From contig JADLEU010000364.1 of assembly GCA_020845955.1 (NCBI GenBank), forward strand, positions 11,958 through 75,957: a stretch of DNA of 64,000 bases. Reading direction: 5' to 3'. A model generated the notes under the pieces. It did no database searches, was not told where the DNA came from, and worked only from the letters and a program-made list of their open reading frames with translations. Position 1 is the first letter of the stretch. Each line of letters begins with the position of its first letter. Shown here in pieces: positions 1-9,376 of this stretch. This stretch comes from Anaerolineales bacterium. Its GTDB lineage: Bacteria > Chloroflexota > Anaerolineae > Anaerolineales > UBA6663. The translations under genes and the position numbers were made by a program.

Positions 1-1
1 C

Positions 2-1045
2 TTGCAGGCGCGACGATTCCCGAGCCAACTCGTGCCGTTGCTTTGTTGCCTGGGCCTGGTAGCGCCAAGCCTGACCGCCTGCCGTCCGATGGTCGCTATC
101 GGCGCTGAGCCTTCGGCTACGGTTGCAGCACCCGCGCCGGCCGTAGCGGCGACGAGCCTGCCCAGCCGGACGCCGGCGCCGGCTGCGACGCCGACCTCCA
201 CCGAGGCGCCGGCGCTGGTCGAGGCGGGCGCCCTCACGGCGGCGCCGGCGACCGTGACGGCCTCGGCGATCCCGCCCTCGCCATCGCCGCTGCCCTCGGC
301 GACCTCCCTGCCCGCGCTGCAGCCCACGCCCGACGAGGCGGCCGCCGGCCGCGCGGTCCGCCTGCCGATCCTGATGTATCACTACGTGGAGCCTTGGCCG
401 GTGGACGCGGATGAGTTGCGTCAGGGGTTGACGGTGCAGCCGGAGGCGTTTGCCGCGCAGGCGGCGTATCTGCATGGGCGCGGCTACGTCACGCTAAGCC
501 TGTATGACCTTCTGGAGGCGGTGACGCTGGGCCGCCCGCTGCCCGAACGGGCGGTGGTGTTGACCTTTGACGATGGGTATCGCACGCTCATGGACTATGC
601 CCTACCGGTCATGCGCGCCAATGGCTACACCGGCACGGTCTTTGTGCTGACGCAGTTGATGGATGAGGAATTCCCTCAGTACCTGACGTGGGCGCAGGCC
701 GAAGCGCTCTACGCCCACGGCTGGAAGATCGAGCCGCACACCAAGACCCACGCCAACCTCATGGGCCGCGGCCGTGATTTCCAGCTCTACCAGATGTTGG
801 GCGCGATGCAGACCGTCGCCGCGCACATTGGCAGCATGCCGCGCTTCTTGGCCTATCCCTCGGGCAAGTACGACGACCTCTCCGTCCAACTGGCGCAGGA
901 GATGCATCTGTGGGGGGCGGTGACCGCGGACTTTGGCCGCGTGCACACCTATGCCGGCCGCTATACCTGGCGCCGGGTGCGCATCAGCGGGCAGATGACG
1001 TTGGCTGACTTTGCGGCCGCCCTGGAGGGCGACTTGTTGCCTTGA
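2..1045 (+). CDS. Polysaccharide deacetylase (NodB/CE4) lipoprotein with Pro/Ala/Thr-rich linker; 5' end may lie outside the window
   Basis: Lipobox-like SLTAC; CE4 motifs LTFDDGY, HTKTH, AYPSG; frame is open to the window edge. Confidence 0.88.
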   Translation: MQARRFPSQLVPLLCCLGLVAPSLTACRPMVAIGAEPSATVAAPAPAVAATSLPSRTPAPAATPTSTEAPALVEAGALTAAPATVTASAIPPSPSPLPSATSLPALQPTPDEAAAGRAVRLPILMYHYVEPWPVDADELRQGLTVQPEAFAAQAAYLHGRGYVTLSLYDLLEAVTLGRPLPERAVVLTFDDGYRTLMDYALPVMRANGYTGTVFVLTQLMDEEFPQYLTWAQAEALYAHGWKIEPHTKTHANLMGRGRDFQLYQMLGAMQTVAAHIGSMPRFLAYPSGKYDDLSVQLAQEMHLWGAVTADFGRVHTYAGRYTWRRVRISGQMTLADFAAALEGDLLP

Positions 1046-1056
1046 GCGAGGCCGGT

Positions 1057-2364
1057 ATGAGCGTCCCTGACCAATCCTCGCGGCTGCCAGGCTTCTACAG
1101 CCAGGCGCTGGCCGAGCGCGGCCGCACGGTGGCCGCCTGGGCCAGGCTGAGCGCCGCCCAACTGGCCGCGCTGGACGGCTCGGGGGGGCTGACACCCGAC
1201 CAAGCCGACCACATGATTGAGAACGTCGTCGGGGTTCACGCGCTGCCGCTGGGGGTCGCGGCCAACTTCCTGGTAAATGGGCGCGACGTGCTGGTGCCGA
1301 TGGCGATCGAGGAGCCATCCGTGGTGGCGGGAGCCTCGTTTATGGCCAAGCTGGCCCGCGCCGGCGGCGGCTTCTTTGCGCACGCGAGCGAGCCGCACAT
1401 GATCGGGCAGTTGCAGATCGTAGAGGTGGTCGACGTCCACAGTGCGCGGATACGGCTGCTGGAGAACAAGGCGCGGCTGCTGGAGCTGGCCAACCAGGTC
1501 GACCCAGTGCTAATTAAGTTCGGTGGGGGTGCGCGCGATCTTGAAGTGCGCGTCATCGAGCAGTCGCCGATCGGCGCGTTCCTGGCGGCGCACCTGATCT
1601 ACGATACGCGCGATGCCATGGGCGCCAATGCCATCAACACGGCCTGTGAGACCCTGGCACCGGCCATCGAACAGATCTCAGGCGGCCGCGTACACCTGCG
1701 GATCCTGTCGAACCTGGCCGACCGGCGCCTGGCGCGCGCGCGCTGCGCGATCCCCGTCGAGGCCCTGGCCTTTGATCAATACTCGGGCGAGTGGGTGCGC
1801 GATGGGATCGTGGCCGCCTATGCCTTCGCGGCGGCCGACCCGTACCGGGCCGCGACGCACAACAAGGGCGTCATGAACGGCATCGACGCCGTGGTGATTG
1901 CGACCGGCAACGACTGGCGCGCGATCGAGGCTGGCGCCCACGCCTATGCCGCTCGCTCCGGGCGCTACACCTCGCTGAGCACCTGGGCCGTGGACGGTGC
2001 GGGCGCGCTGGCCGGAACGCTCGAACTGCCCATGGCCGTCGGCATTGTCGGCGGCGCGACCAGGGTCCATCCCACCGCTCAGGCGGCCCTGGCGCTGATG
2101 GGCGTGACCACGGCTCGGGCGCTGGCGGAAGTTATCGTCAGCGTTGGCCTGGCCCAGAACCTGGCCGCGCTGCGGGCGCTGGCAACCGAGGGCATTCAGC
2201 GCGGCCACATGAGCCTGCACGCGCGCCAAGTGGCGATCGCGGCGGGCGCAAAGGGTGCGCGGGTCGAGCAGGTTGCCGGACGGATGGTGGCGGAGAAGTC
2301 CGTGCGCATCGACCGGGCCGAGGCAATCCTGGCGGAGCTGGAGGCCGAGAGCCGGAAGCCATGA
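1057..2364 (+). CDS. mvaA: Hydroxymethylglutaryl-CoA reductase, class II
   Basis: Motifs IENVVG, DAMGAN, HNKGVMNG, GNDWRAIEAG, EGIQRGHMSLH; ATG at 1057 preferred over TTG at 1042. Confidence 0.95.
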   Translation: MSVPDQSSRLPGFYSQALAERGRTVAAWARLSAAQLAALDGSGGLTPDQADHMIENVVGVHALPLGVAANFLVNGRDVLVPMAIEEPSVVAGASFMAKLARAGGGFFAHASEPHMIGQLQIVEVVDVHSARIRLLENKARLLELANQVDPVLIKFGGGARDLEVRVIEQSPIGAFLAAHLIYDTRDAMGANAINTACETLAPAIEQISGGRVHLRILSNLADRRLARARCAIPVEALAFDQYSGEWVRDGIVAAYAFAAADPYRAATHNKGVMNGIDAVVIATGNDWRAIEAGAHAYAARSGRYTSLSTWAVDGAGALAGTLELPMAVGIVGGATRVHPTAQAALALMGVTTARALAEVIVSVGLAQNLAALRALATEGIQRGHMSLHARQVAIAAGAKGARVEQVAGRMVAEKSVRIDRAEAILAELEAESRKP

Positions 2365-3881
2365 GCGCGCCGGAGCCTGAGACGAGCCGTAGGCCGCTGG
2401 CCGGCGGCGCCGTGGTCATCGGCGGCGGGCCGGCCGGGCTGACCGCGGCGGTGGAGCTCTGCCGCCGAAACGTGCCCGTCACGCTGCTGGAGAAAGACCG
2501 CTTGGTAGGCGGCATCGCCCGCACGGAAAGCTATCAGGGCTACCGTTTTGATATCGGCGGCCACCGCTTCTTTACCAAGATCGGCGAAGTCGAGCGATTC
2601 TGGCGCGACCTGCTGGGCAGCGAGTTTATCACGCGCCCGCGCATTTCGCGCATCTTCTACGACGGCAAGTTCTTCGACTACCCGCTGAAAGCCATGAACG
2701 CCCTGCGCAACCTGGGCCTGCTGACCAGCATCCAGGTCGTGTTCAGCTACCTGCAGTCCCAGGTGTTCCCCTATCCCCGGGAGGACACCTTCGAAGAATG
2801 GGTCTCCAACCGGTTTGGCAAGCGGCTTTATCGCATCTTCTTTAAGACCTATACCGAGAAAGTGTGGGGCATCCCCTGCTCGGAGATCCGCGCCGAGTTC
2901 GCCGCCCAGCGCATCCAGGGCCTCTCGCTGCCGGTGGCCGTGCGGAACGCGCTCTTTGGGCCGCGCCAGGGCAAGGAAGTGGTCAAGACCTTGATCGAGC
3001 AGTTTCAGTATCCGCGCCTGGGCCCCGGGCAAATGTGGGAACAGGCGGCTGAATTCGTCAACCAGCACGGCGGCCAGGTGTGCCTGGAGGCCGAGGTCGT
3101 CCAGGTGCGCCACGCGGGGGGGCGCGTGACCGAGGTGGTGACGCGGACGCCACGCTCGCCGGGCGAGAACGGCGCCGCGCCAGCGCACACCGCCACGGTG
3201 CCCGGCGCGGCCTTCGTCTCCACCATGCCGATTTCCGAGCTGATCTGCAAGCTAACCCCCCCCGCGCCGGCCGAGGTTCTGGCCGCGGCCCAGGGCCTCA
3301 CCTATCGCGACTTCATCTCCGTCATCCTGATCGTGAACCAGCCCACTCTCTTTCCCGACAATTGGATCTACGTGCACTCGCCGAAAGTGAAGGTGGGCCG
3401 GATCCAGAATTTCAAGAACTGGAGCCCCGACATGGTGCCCGATCCGCAGAGGTCGGCTCTGGGGCTGGAGTACTTTTGCACCGAGGGCGACCCGCTCTGG
3501 CAGATGAGCGAGGCAGCGCTGATCGAACTGGGCCGGCGCGAAATGGCCGCTATCGGCCTGGTGAAAGCCGAAGACGTGATGGACGGCACCGTGGTGCGTC
3601 AGCCTAAGGCGTACCCGGTCTACAACGGGACCTATGCCGGCTATCTGGAGACCATCAAGAGCTACCTGGCAGGCTTCAGCAACCTGCAGACCGTGGGCCG
3701 CAACGGGCTGCACAAGTACAACAATCAGGATCACTCGATGCTGACCGCCATGTTGGCGGTGCGCAACCTGCTGGGCGAGCACCACGATGTCTGGAGTGTT
3801 AACACCGAACGCTCCTACCACGAAGAAATCCGCGTGCCGCACGACGCGCTGTCGTCAGACGAAGCCGGCGTAGCCGAATAG
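2361..3881 (+). CDS. FAD-dependent oxidoreductase, UDP-galactopyranose mutase/protoporphyrinogen oxidase-like family
   Basis: GGGPAG dinucleotide fold directly after ATG 2361 (ATGA overlap with mvaA stop); DIGGHRFF; YPVY; GRNGLHKYNNQDHSM. Confidence 0.85.
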   Translation: MSAPEPETSRRPLAGGAVVIGGGPAGLTAAVELCRRNVPVTLLEKDRLVGGIARTESYQGYRFDIGGHRFFTKIGEVERFWRDLLGSEFITRPRISRIFYDGKFFDYPLKAMNALRNLGLLTSIQVVFSYLQSQVFPYPREDTFEEWVSNRFGKRLYRIFFKTYTEKVWGIPCSEIRAEFAAQRIQGLSLPVAVRNALFGPRQGKEVVKTLIEQFQYPRLGPGQMWEQAAEFVNQHGGQVCLEAEVVQVRHAGGRVTEVVTRTPRSPGENGAAPAHTATVPGAAFVSTMPISELICKLTPPAPAEVLAAAQGLTYRDFISVILIVNQPTLFPDNWIYVHSPKVKVGRIQNFKNWSPDMVPDPQRSALGLEYFCTEGDPLWQMSEAALIELGRREMAAIGLVKAEDVMDGTVVRQPKAYPVYNGTYAGYLETIKSYLAGFSNLQTVGRNGLHKYNNQDHSMLTAMLAVRNLLGEHHDVWSVNTERSYHEEIRVPHDALSSDEAGVAE

Positions 3882-3886
3882 ACTCT

Positions 3887-3895
3887 TGATATAAT
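3887..3895 (+). promoter_or_regulatory. Extended -10 promoter element (TGaTATAAT)
   Basis: Perfect TGn-TATAAT in the 38-bp gap upstream of 3920. Confidence 0.7.
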
Positions 3896-3919
3896 CCGCG
3901 CTTATGAGAGTTTGGTGCC

Positions 3920-4957
3920 GTGCGTAAGGCTGCCCAGATCTTATTGGGCCTGGCCATCAGCCTGTTGGCTCTGGCGCTGGCGTTCCGCGGCGCAGACACG
4001 GCGCTCGTGGCCGCGGCGCTGCGCGGAGCCAACTACCTGTATCTCGTCCCAGGGATCGGCCTGATTTGGCTGGGCTTGTATCTACGCGCGCTAAGCTGGC
4101 GTGCCATTCTGGGCCATCAGGTCACGTACCGGCGCGTCTATGACGCGATGAATGAGGGGTACCTGCTCAATAACCTGCTGCCGTTCCGCCTGGGCGAGTT
4201 CGGCCGCGCCTACCTGATCAGCCGGGGCAGCTCGATCCCGGCCTACCAGGCGCTCTCTTCTGTGGTGGTCGAGCGCGTCATTGACTTGATCATGGCCGTG
4301 GTTCTGCTGCTGGCGTTTCTGCCGTATGTGATCGGCTTGGACCTGGCGCGGAGCGCCGCCCTGTCGTCGGTGCTGCTCGGCGTGGCAGCCCTGGCGGGCC
4401 TTGTCGTCACTGCCCGCCAGCAGGCGCGCGTCGTGCGCCTGGCCCGGGCGGTGCTCGAACGGCTGCCTGGGCTGCATGCCCAGCGCTGGGCGGCGCGGTT
4501 GGAAGCGGCCCTGGCCGGCCTCTCGGTCTTTCAAGACCCGCGCCGCGCGCTGGCAGCCGGCGGGTGGTCCTTCCTGGCCTGGGTAGCGGCTGGCCTGGGC
4601 GCCTGGTTCACGCTGTTGGCGTTTCTGCCGGGCGCGACCCCGGTGATGGGGTTTGTGGTGCTGACGGTGGTGGCCCTGGCGGCCGCGGTGCCGTCGCTGC
4701 CCGGCTCGGCCGGCGTGTTTGAGTTGACGATCGTGACGGTCCTGGCCGTCTTTGGGATCGACAACAACCGCGCCCTGAGTTTTGGCCTGATCTTCCATGC
4801 GCAGCAGATTGTCCTGACCATGATCTTGGGCGGACTGGCCCTGGCGCGGGAAGGCGAGACGCTGGCCCACCTGGCGCGCTCGGCCCGAGCCTTCGTGCGC
4901 CCGGCCCGGCCAAACGGCAGCGCGTTGGCGCCTAAGCCGCTCTCTTCCGATCAATGA
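3920..4957 (+). CDS. Lysylphosphatidylglycerol synthase TM-domain / flippase-like membrane protein (UPF0104)
   Basis: Multiple TM helices; NNLLPFRLGEFGR, VVVERVIDL and PSLPGSAGVFE motifs. Confidence 0.88.
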   Translation: MRKAAQILLGLAISLLALALAFRGADTALVAAALRGANYLYLVPGIGLIWLGLYLRALSWRAILGHQVTYRRVYDAMNEGYLLNNLLPFRLGEFGRAYLISRGSSIPAYQALSSVVVERVIDLIMAVVLLLAFLPYVIGLDLARSAALSSVLLGVAALAGLVVTARQQARVVRLARAVLERLPGLHAQRWAARLEAALAGLSVFQDPRRALAAGGWSFLAWVAAGLGAWFTLLAFLPGATPVMGFVVLTVVALAAAVPSLPGSAGVFELTIVTVLAVFGIDNNRALSFGLIFHAQQIVLTMILGGLALAREGETLAHLARSARAFVRPARPNGSALAPKPLSSDQ

Positions 4958-6114
4958 AAGTCCTGGTCTCGCTGACGTACTACCGCCCGCACGTCTCGGG
5001 CCTGACGATCTACGCCGAGCGCCTGTCGCGCGCGCTGGCCGCTCGCGGCCATGCCGTCACCGTGCTGACCTCGCAATACGATCGCGCCCTGCCGCGGCGC
5101 GAGTGCCTGCACGGGGTCGACATCATCCGCGTCCCGGTCCTGATGCGCGTCAGCAAGGGCGTGATCATGCCCACGATCGGCTGGGAGGCTACGCGCCTGG
5201 TCCCGGCCCACGATGTGCTCAGCCTGCACCTGCCGCAGTTGGACGCGACCGGGCTGGCGGTGCGCGGCCGGCTGTTCCGGCGCCCGGTGGTGGTCACCTA
5301 CCATTCGGACCTGATCCTGCCGCGCTCGCCCATCAACTGGCTGGCCCAAACCGTCTCAGACCTGGGCAACGACGCGGTGGCGCGCCTGGCCGACCGGCTG
5401 GTGGCCTACACCGACGACTTTGCCCGGCACTCGCGCTACCTGTCGAAGCATCTCGACAAGGTGACGGTCATACCCCCGCCGGTGGAGATGCCGACCCCAA
5501 GCCTCGAGGCCATTCAGGCGTTTCGCGAGCGCCACCATCTCAATGGCTCAGGGCCGGTGATCGGCCTAGCCGTGCGGCTGGCGGCGGAGAAGGGGGTTGA
5601 ATACCTGCTGGAGGCGCTGCCGCGCATCCTGGAGCGCTATCCGCGGGCGCGCGTTCTGCACGCCGGGCCGCGCGAGGCGATTGGCGAGGCCGCTTACCTG
5701 CAGAAGCTGGAGCAATTGATCGACGGCTATCGCGACCGCTACACGTTTGTGGGCACGCTGGATGCCGAACAAATGGCGGTGTTCTTCAGCAATTGCGACG
5801 TGCACGTGCTGCCCAGCATCAACAACACCGAGACCTTTGGCCTGGTGCAGATCGAGGCGGCCCTGAGCGGGACGCCCACCGTGGCCAGCGCGCTGCCCGG
5901 CGTGCGGATGCCGACGCGGATGACGGGCATGGGCCTCAGCGTGCCGCCGCGCGATCCAGCGGCGCTGGCGGAGGCCATCCTCGACGTGCTGGCCCGCCGT
6001 GGCCACTACGTGCGGCCGCGCGGTCCCATCGCGGCGCAGTTTGCGCCGGCAGCCACGGCCGCGCAGTACGAGCAGATCTTCACGGAGTTGCTGGCGGCCA
6101 GGCGCAAGGCCTAG
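4954..6114 (+). CDS. Glycosyltransferase family 4 (GT-B)
   Basis: YYRPHVSG N-terminus; RLAAEKGVEYLL; ETFGLVQIEA (EX7E) motif. Confidence 0.92.
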   Translation: MKVLVSLTYYRPHVSGLTIYAERLSRALAARGHAVTVLTSQYDRALPRRECLHGVDIIRVPVLMRVSKGVIMPTIGWEATRLVPAHDVLSLHLPQLDATGLAVRGRLFRRPVVVTYHSDLILPRSPINWLAQTVSDLGNDAVARLADRLVAYTDDFARHSRYLSKHLDKVTVIPPPVEMPTPSLEAIQAFRERHHLNGSGPVIGLAVRLAAEKGVEYLLEALPRILERYPRARVLHAGPREAIGEAAYLQKLEQLIDGYRDRYTFVGTLDAEQMAVFFSNCDVHVLPSINNTETFGLVQIEAALSGTPTVASALPGVRMPTRMTGMGLSVPPRDPAALAEAILDVLARRGHYVRPRGPIAAQFAPAATAAQYEQIFTELLAARRKA

Positions 6115-6135
6115 CAAGCAGCAGCGCGGCAAGGC

Positions 6136-6930
6136 GTGACGGATCGCGACGATCTGCTCTGGCGCAACCTGAAGGACCTCCCGGCGTTCCGGGGGCTGCT
6201 GCGGGCGGTCGAGGCGCGCTTTTACCAGGATCTGCCGCTGCCCGAGCCGGTGCTGGACCTGGGCTGCGGTGACGCCCACTTTGCCGCGGTGGCCTTTGAC
6301 CGGCCCCTGGCGGCCGGCGTGGATCCCTGGACGCCGCCTCTGCGCGAGGCCCGCCGGCTGCGCCGCTCGACCTACACCCTGCTGGCGCAGGCCGAGGGCG
6401 GGCGGCTACCGTTCCCCAACTGCTACTTCGCCAGCGCCATGAGCAACTCGGTGCTGGAGCACATTCCAATTGTGGAGCCCGTGCTGGCCGAGGTGGCCCG
6501 CGTGCTGCGGCCTGGGGCCCAATTCATCTTTTGCGTGCCCAGCGAATACTTCCTTGAGTTCCTGTCTCTCTCGGCCGGGCTGCGCCGGATTGGGCTGCGC
6601 GGCGCGGCCGAGCTCTATCAGCGCTGGTTCAACCGGATTTCGCGCCACTACCACTGTGACGGGCCGCCGGTGTGGCGGCAGCGGCTCGAGGCGGCTGGCA
6701 TGCGGTTGGAGCAGTGCTGGTACTACTTCTCCCCGGCCGCGCTGCGTGCCCTGGAGTGGGGCCACTACCTGGGCCTGCCGGCCGCTGTAGCGCACGCATT
6801 GACCGGCCGCTGGGTATTGGCGCCAACCCGCGCAAACCTGGCCATTACCGAGCGCCTGCTGCGGCCCTTCTTCGCCGAGGCTCGCCCCGCGAAGGGCGCC
6901 TATCTTTTCTTCATCGCGCGCAGAAACTAG
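6136..6930 (+). CDS. Class I SAM-dependent methyltransferase
   Basis: VLDLGCGD motif I; LPFPNCYF; SNSVLEHI; RVLRPG. Confidence 0.88.
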   Translation: MTDRDDLLWRNLKDLPAFRGLLRAVEARFYQDLPLPEPVLDLGCGDAHFAAVAFDRPLAAGVDPWTPPLREARRLRRSTYTLLAQAEGGRLPFPNCYFASAMSNSVLEHIPIVEPVLAEVARVLRPGAQFIFCVPSEYFLEFLSLSAGLRRIGLRGAAELYQRWFNRISRHYHCDGPPVWRQRLEAAGMRLEQCWYYFSPAALRALEWGHYLGLPAAVAHALTGRWVLAPTRANLAITERLLRPFFAEARPAKGAYLFFIARRN

Positions 6931-6937
6931 AGCCCGC

Positions 6938-6946
6938 TGGTAGAAT
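6938..6946 (+). promoter_or_regulatory. Extended -10 promoter element (TGgTAGAAT)
   Basis: TGn-TAGAAT immediately after the methyltransferase stop. Confidence 0.55.
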
Positions 6947-6995
6947 ATCAGGATTGGCGGCCAGGGTGTCTGAGCCGCCGGTGTTTGTGGCTGTC

Positions 6996-9338
6996 ATGCA
7001 ACCGACTCCCTCGCTGCTCGATTGGCTTCGATTTAAGCTGGGGCGCCCACGCGTCCAGCGCGCCTTCCGCTTCGGGTTGGCCGGGTTGGCCCTGCTGTTG
7101 GGCCTGGCGCAATTGCTGACTTCCGGCGGCCAGGCCGTGGGGGCCTTCTTTTTCCTGGGCGCCGGTATTGGCCTGGGCTTCTGGGGGCTATCGGTGCGGC
7201 CCGCCCGCGGACCGGAGTTCGATTTGCCCGAACTGGGCCTGGGCGCGCGGCCGGCGCCGGCCGCGGCCATCGACCTGACCACGAGCGCGGAGAGCGCCGC
7301 GGCCAGTCGAGCCCGGCGGCGGCAGATCCTGGCGAGCCTGTGGCTGCCTTCGGCGCTGCTGCTGGCCGCCTGGGGCCAGGGGCTGCTGATCAACGGTCCC
7401 GAACTCGCGCGGCCGGGCGCGGCGCTGCTGGCGCTGGGCGCCCTTGTATTTGCCAGCACTCTATTTCTCGACCGGTTGCTCGGTGCGCCGCGCGCCCTGG
7501 CCGTGCCCCAGGAGAGGCCGCTGACCTTTCGCTGGTGGCTGCTGGCGGTGGGCGTGGTGGGCGGGGTGTATGCCTTCCTGGCCGCCGGAGGCAATCAGTT
7601 TCGCCTGGGCGGGGTCATCGCCTGGATCATCAGCGTGGCAGCCTGGCTGGGCGCGGTGTGGGAATGGCCAATGCCGGCAGCCGAGATCTGGAAGCGAGTC
7701 CAGAGGCGCGCGGCCGCGGTGATGCAGCCCGATGGCCTGCAACTGCGCCTGTCGTGGCTGGCCATGGCCTTCCTGGCTGTCTTGGCCGTGGGGGCGTATT
7801 TCCGATTCGCTCAATTAGCGTCCATCCCGCCCGAGATGACGTCGGACCACGTCGAGAAACTGTTTGACGTCAACGACCTGCTCGGCGGACAGCGCCGGGT
7901 GTTTTTTGAGCGCAACACCGGCCGCGAGCCGCTGCAGTTCTATTTCGCCGCGCTGGTCATCCGCTGGCTGGGAACCGGCCTGACCATGCTGACCCTGAAG
8001 ATCACCAGCGCGGTGGCCGGTTTCCTGATGCTGCCTTTCCTATTTTGGCTGGGCCGCGAACTGGAAGACGACCTGCTAGGGCTGCTGGCGATGCTGCTGG
8101 CCGGCGTGGGCTTCTGGGCGACGGCCATCAGCCGGGTGGGGCTGCGCTTCCCGCTGACGCCGCTGTTCGTGGCGCCGATGCTGCTGTTCTTCTTGCGCGG
8201 CGCGCGGCGCGGCGGCCGGAACGACTTTCTGCTGTCCGGCCTGTTTCTGGGCCTGGGCCTATATGGGTACAGCACCATCCGGATGGCGCCGGTGCTGATC
8301 ATGGCCGCGGCCGTCTGGCTGTTGATGTGGCCGCCGGCCGGGATCACCCGCCGGGCGCTGGTGGGCAACACGGTCTTGCTGTTCGCCACGGCCTTCGTCG
8401 TGTTTGTGCCGCTGTACCGCTATGCCACCGAGCCAGACAACCTGTTCTGGTATCGGTCGTTCTCGCGCCTGAGCGGCGCCGAACAAGCGATCAATGGCTC
8501 GCCGCTGCGGATCTTTCTGAGCAACAACTGGAACGCGCTGCGCATGTTCAACTACACGGGCGACGACGTTTGGGTCAACACGCTGCCCGGCAAGCCGGTC
8601 CTCGACTTCATCACGGGTGCCTTGTTTGTCCTGGGCGCCGTGTTTCTGCTGGCGCGGCTGATCTGGCGCCGCGACCGGATCGCGGGCTTGCTGCTGCTCG
8701 CGATTCCAATCCTGCTGCTGCCGTCGACGCTCAGCGTGGCCTTCCCGGAGGAGAACCCGTCGGTCGTGCGCGGGGGCGGCGCTATCCCGGTCGTATTTCT
8801 GATCGCGGCCTATCCGCTCTGGCTGCTCTGGCAGCACGAACGCAGGCTGTGGCCTTCGGCGCGGGGGCGCTGGCTGGCGGCCGGCGGGCTGGGACTGCTG
8901 CTCCTGATGGTGACACTGGCCAACCGGGAAATGTACTTTCGGCGCTACCCGGCCCAGTACATTGGCTCGGCGCAGAATGCTTCAGAGATCGGCCGGGCCG
9001 TTCGGGATTTCGCGGAGTCGATCGGCAGCTACGACCGGGCCTGGATTTGCCTGCACCCACACTGGGCTGACACACGCGCTGTTGGGTTGTATGCCGGGCG
9101 GGCCGGCTGGGAGCAGGTGCTGCCGGCCGAGGAGTTGACCAGCCTTAGCGGCGACCCGCGACCGCTGCTGCTGGTCATCAATCCGCGCAGCGATGCCTGT
9201 CTGGCGGCGGCCCGCAGCGCTTTTCCAACCGGCACGCTGTCGCTGTTCCAATCACAGCGCGGTACGGACAAGGATTTCCTGCTGTTCTTCGTGCCCGGCA
9301 CGCAGGATCTGGATGAGGGCACTCTGCCCTATGAATAG
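6996..9338 (+). CDS. GT-C fold (ArnT/PMT, GT39-like) integral membrane glycosyltransferase; start uncertain (6954-6996)
   Basis: More than 12 TM segments; IPPEMTSDHVEK loop, FERNTGREPL, SRVGLRFP, GLYGYSTIR; C-terminal extracytoplasmic domain. Confidence 0.8.
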   Translation: MQPTPSLLDWLRFKLGRPRVQRAFRFGLAGLALLLGLAQLLTSGGQAVGAFFFLGAGIGLGFWGLSVRPARGPEFDLPELGLGARPAPAAAIDLTTSAESAAASRARRRQILASLWLPSALLLAAWGQGLLINGPELARPGAALLALGALVFASTLFLDRLLGAPRALAVPQERPLTFRWWLLAVGVVGGVYAFLAAGGNQFRLGGVIAWIISVAAWLGAVWEWPMPAAEIWKRVQRRAAAVMQPDGLQLRLSWLAMAFLAVLAVGAYFRFAQLASIPPEMTSDHVEKLFDVNDLLGGQRRVFFERNTGREPLQFYFAALVIRWLGTGLTMLTLKITSAVAGFLMLPFLFWLGRELEDDLLGLLAMLLAGVGFWATAISRVGLRFPLTPLFVAPMLLFFLRGARRGGRNDFLLSGLFLGLGLYGYSTIRMAPVLIMAAAVWLLMWPPAGITRRALVGNTVLLFATAFVVFVPLYRYATEPDNLFWYRSFSRLSGAEQAINGSPLRIFLSNNWNALRMFNYTGDDVWVNTLPGKPVLDFITGALFVLGAVFLLARLIWRRDRIAGLLLLAIPILLLPSTLSVAFPEENPSVVRGGGAIPVVFLIAAYPLWLLWQHERRLWPSARGRWLAAGGLGLLLLMVTLANREMYFRRYPAQYIGSAQNASEIGRAVRDFAESIGSYDRAWICLHPHWADTRAVGLYAGRAGWEQVLPAEELTSLSGDPRPLLLVINPRSDACLAAARSAFPTGTLSLFQSQRGTDKDFLLFFVPGTQDLDEGTLPYE

Positions 9339-9376
9339 GCGGCACTCATCTCCTGTTGTCGTGCGCGTCTCTGTCC

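Noticed and set aside
130-340. Repetitive GC-rich stretch in the deacetylase gene
   Set aside because: Encodes a Pro/Ala/Thr linker; no fixed-period repeats or spacers, so not CRISPR or VNTR
1791-2360. 190-aa N-terminal extension of the flavoenzyme in the ORF track
   Set aside because: Overlaps mvaA out of frame; the Rossmann motif follows ATG 2361
6672-6953. N-terminal extension of the GT-C gene in the ORF track
   Set aside because: Overlaps the methyltransferase, and a promoter-like element lies at 6938-6946
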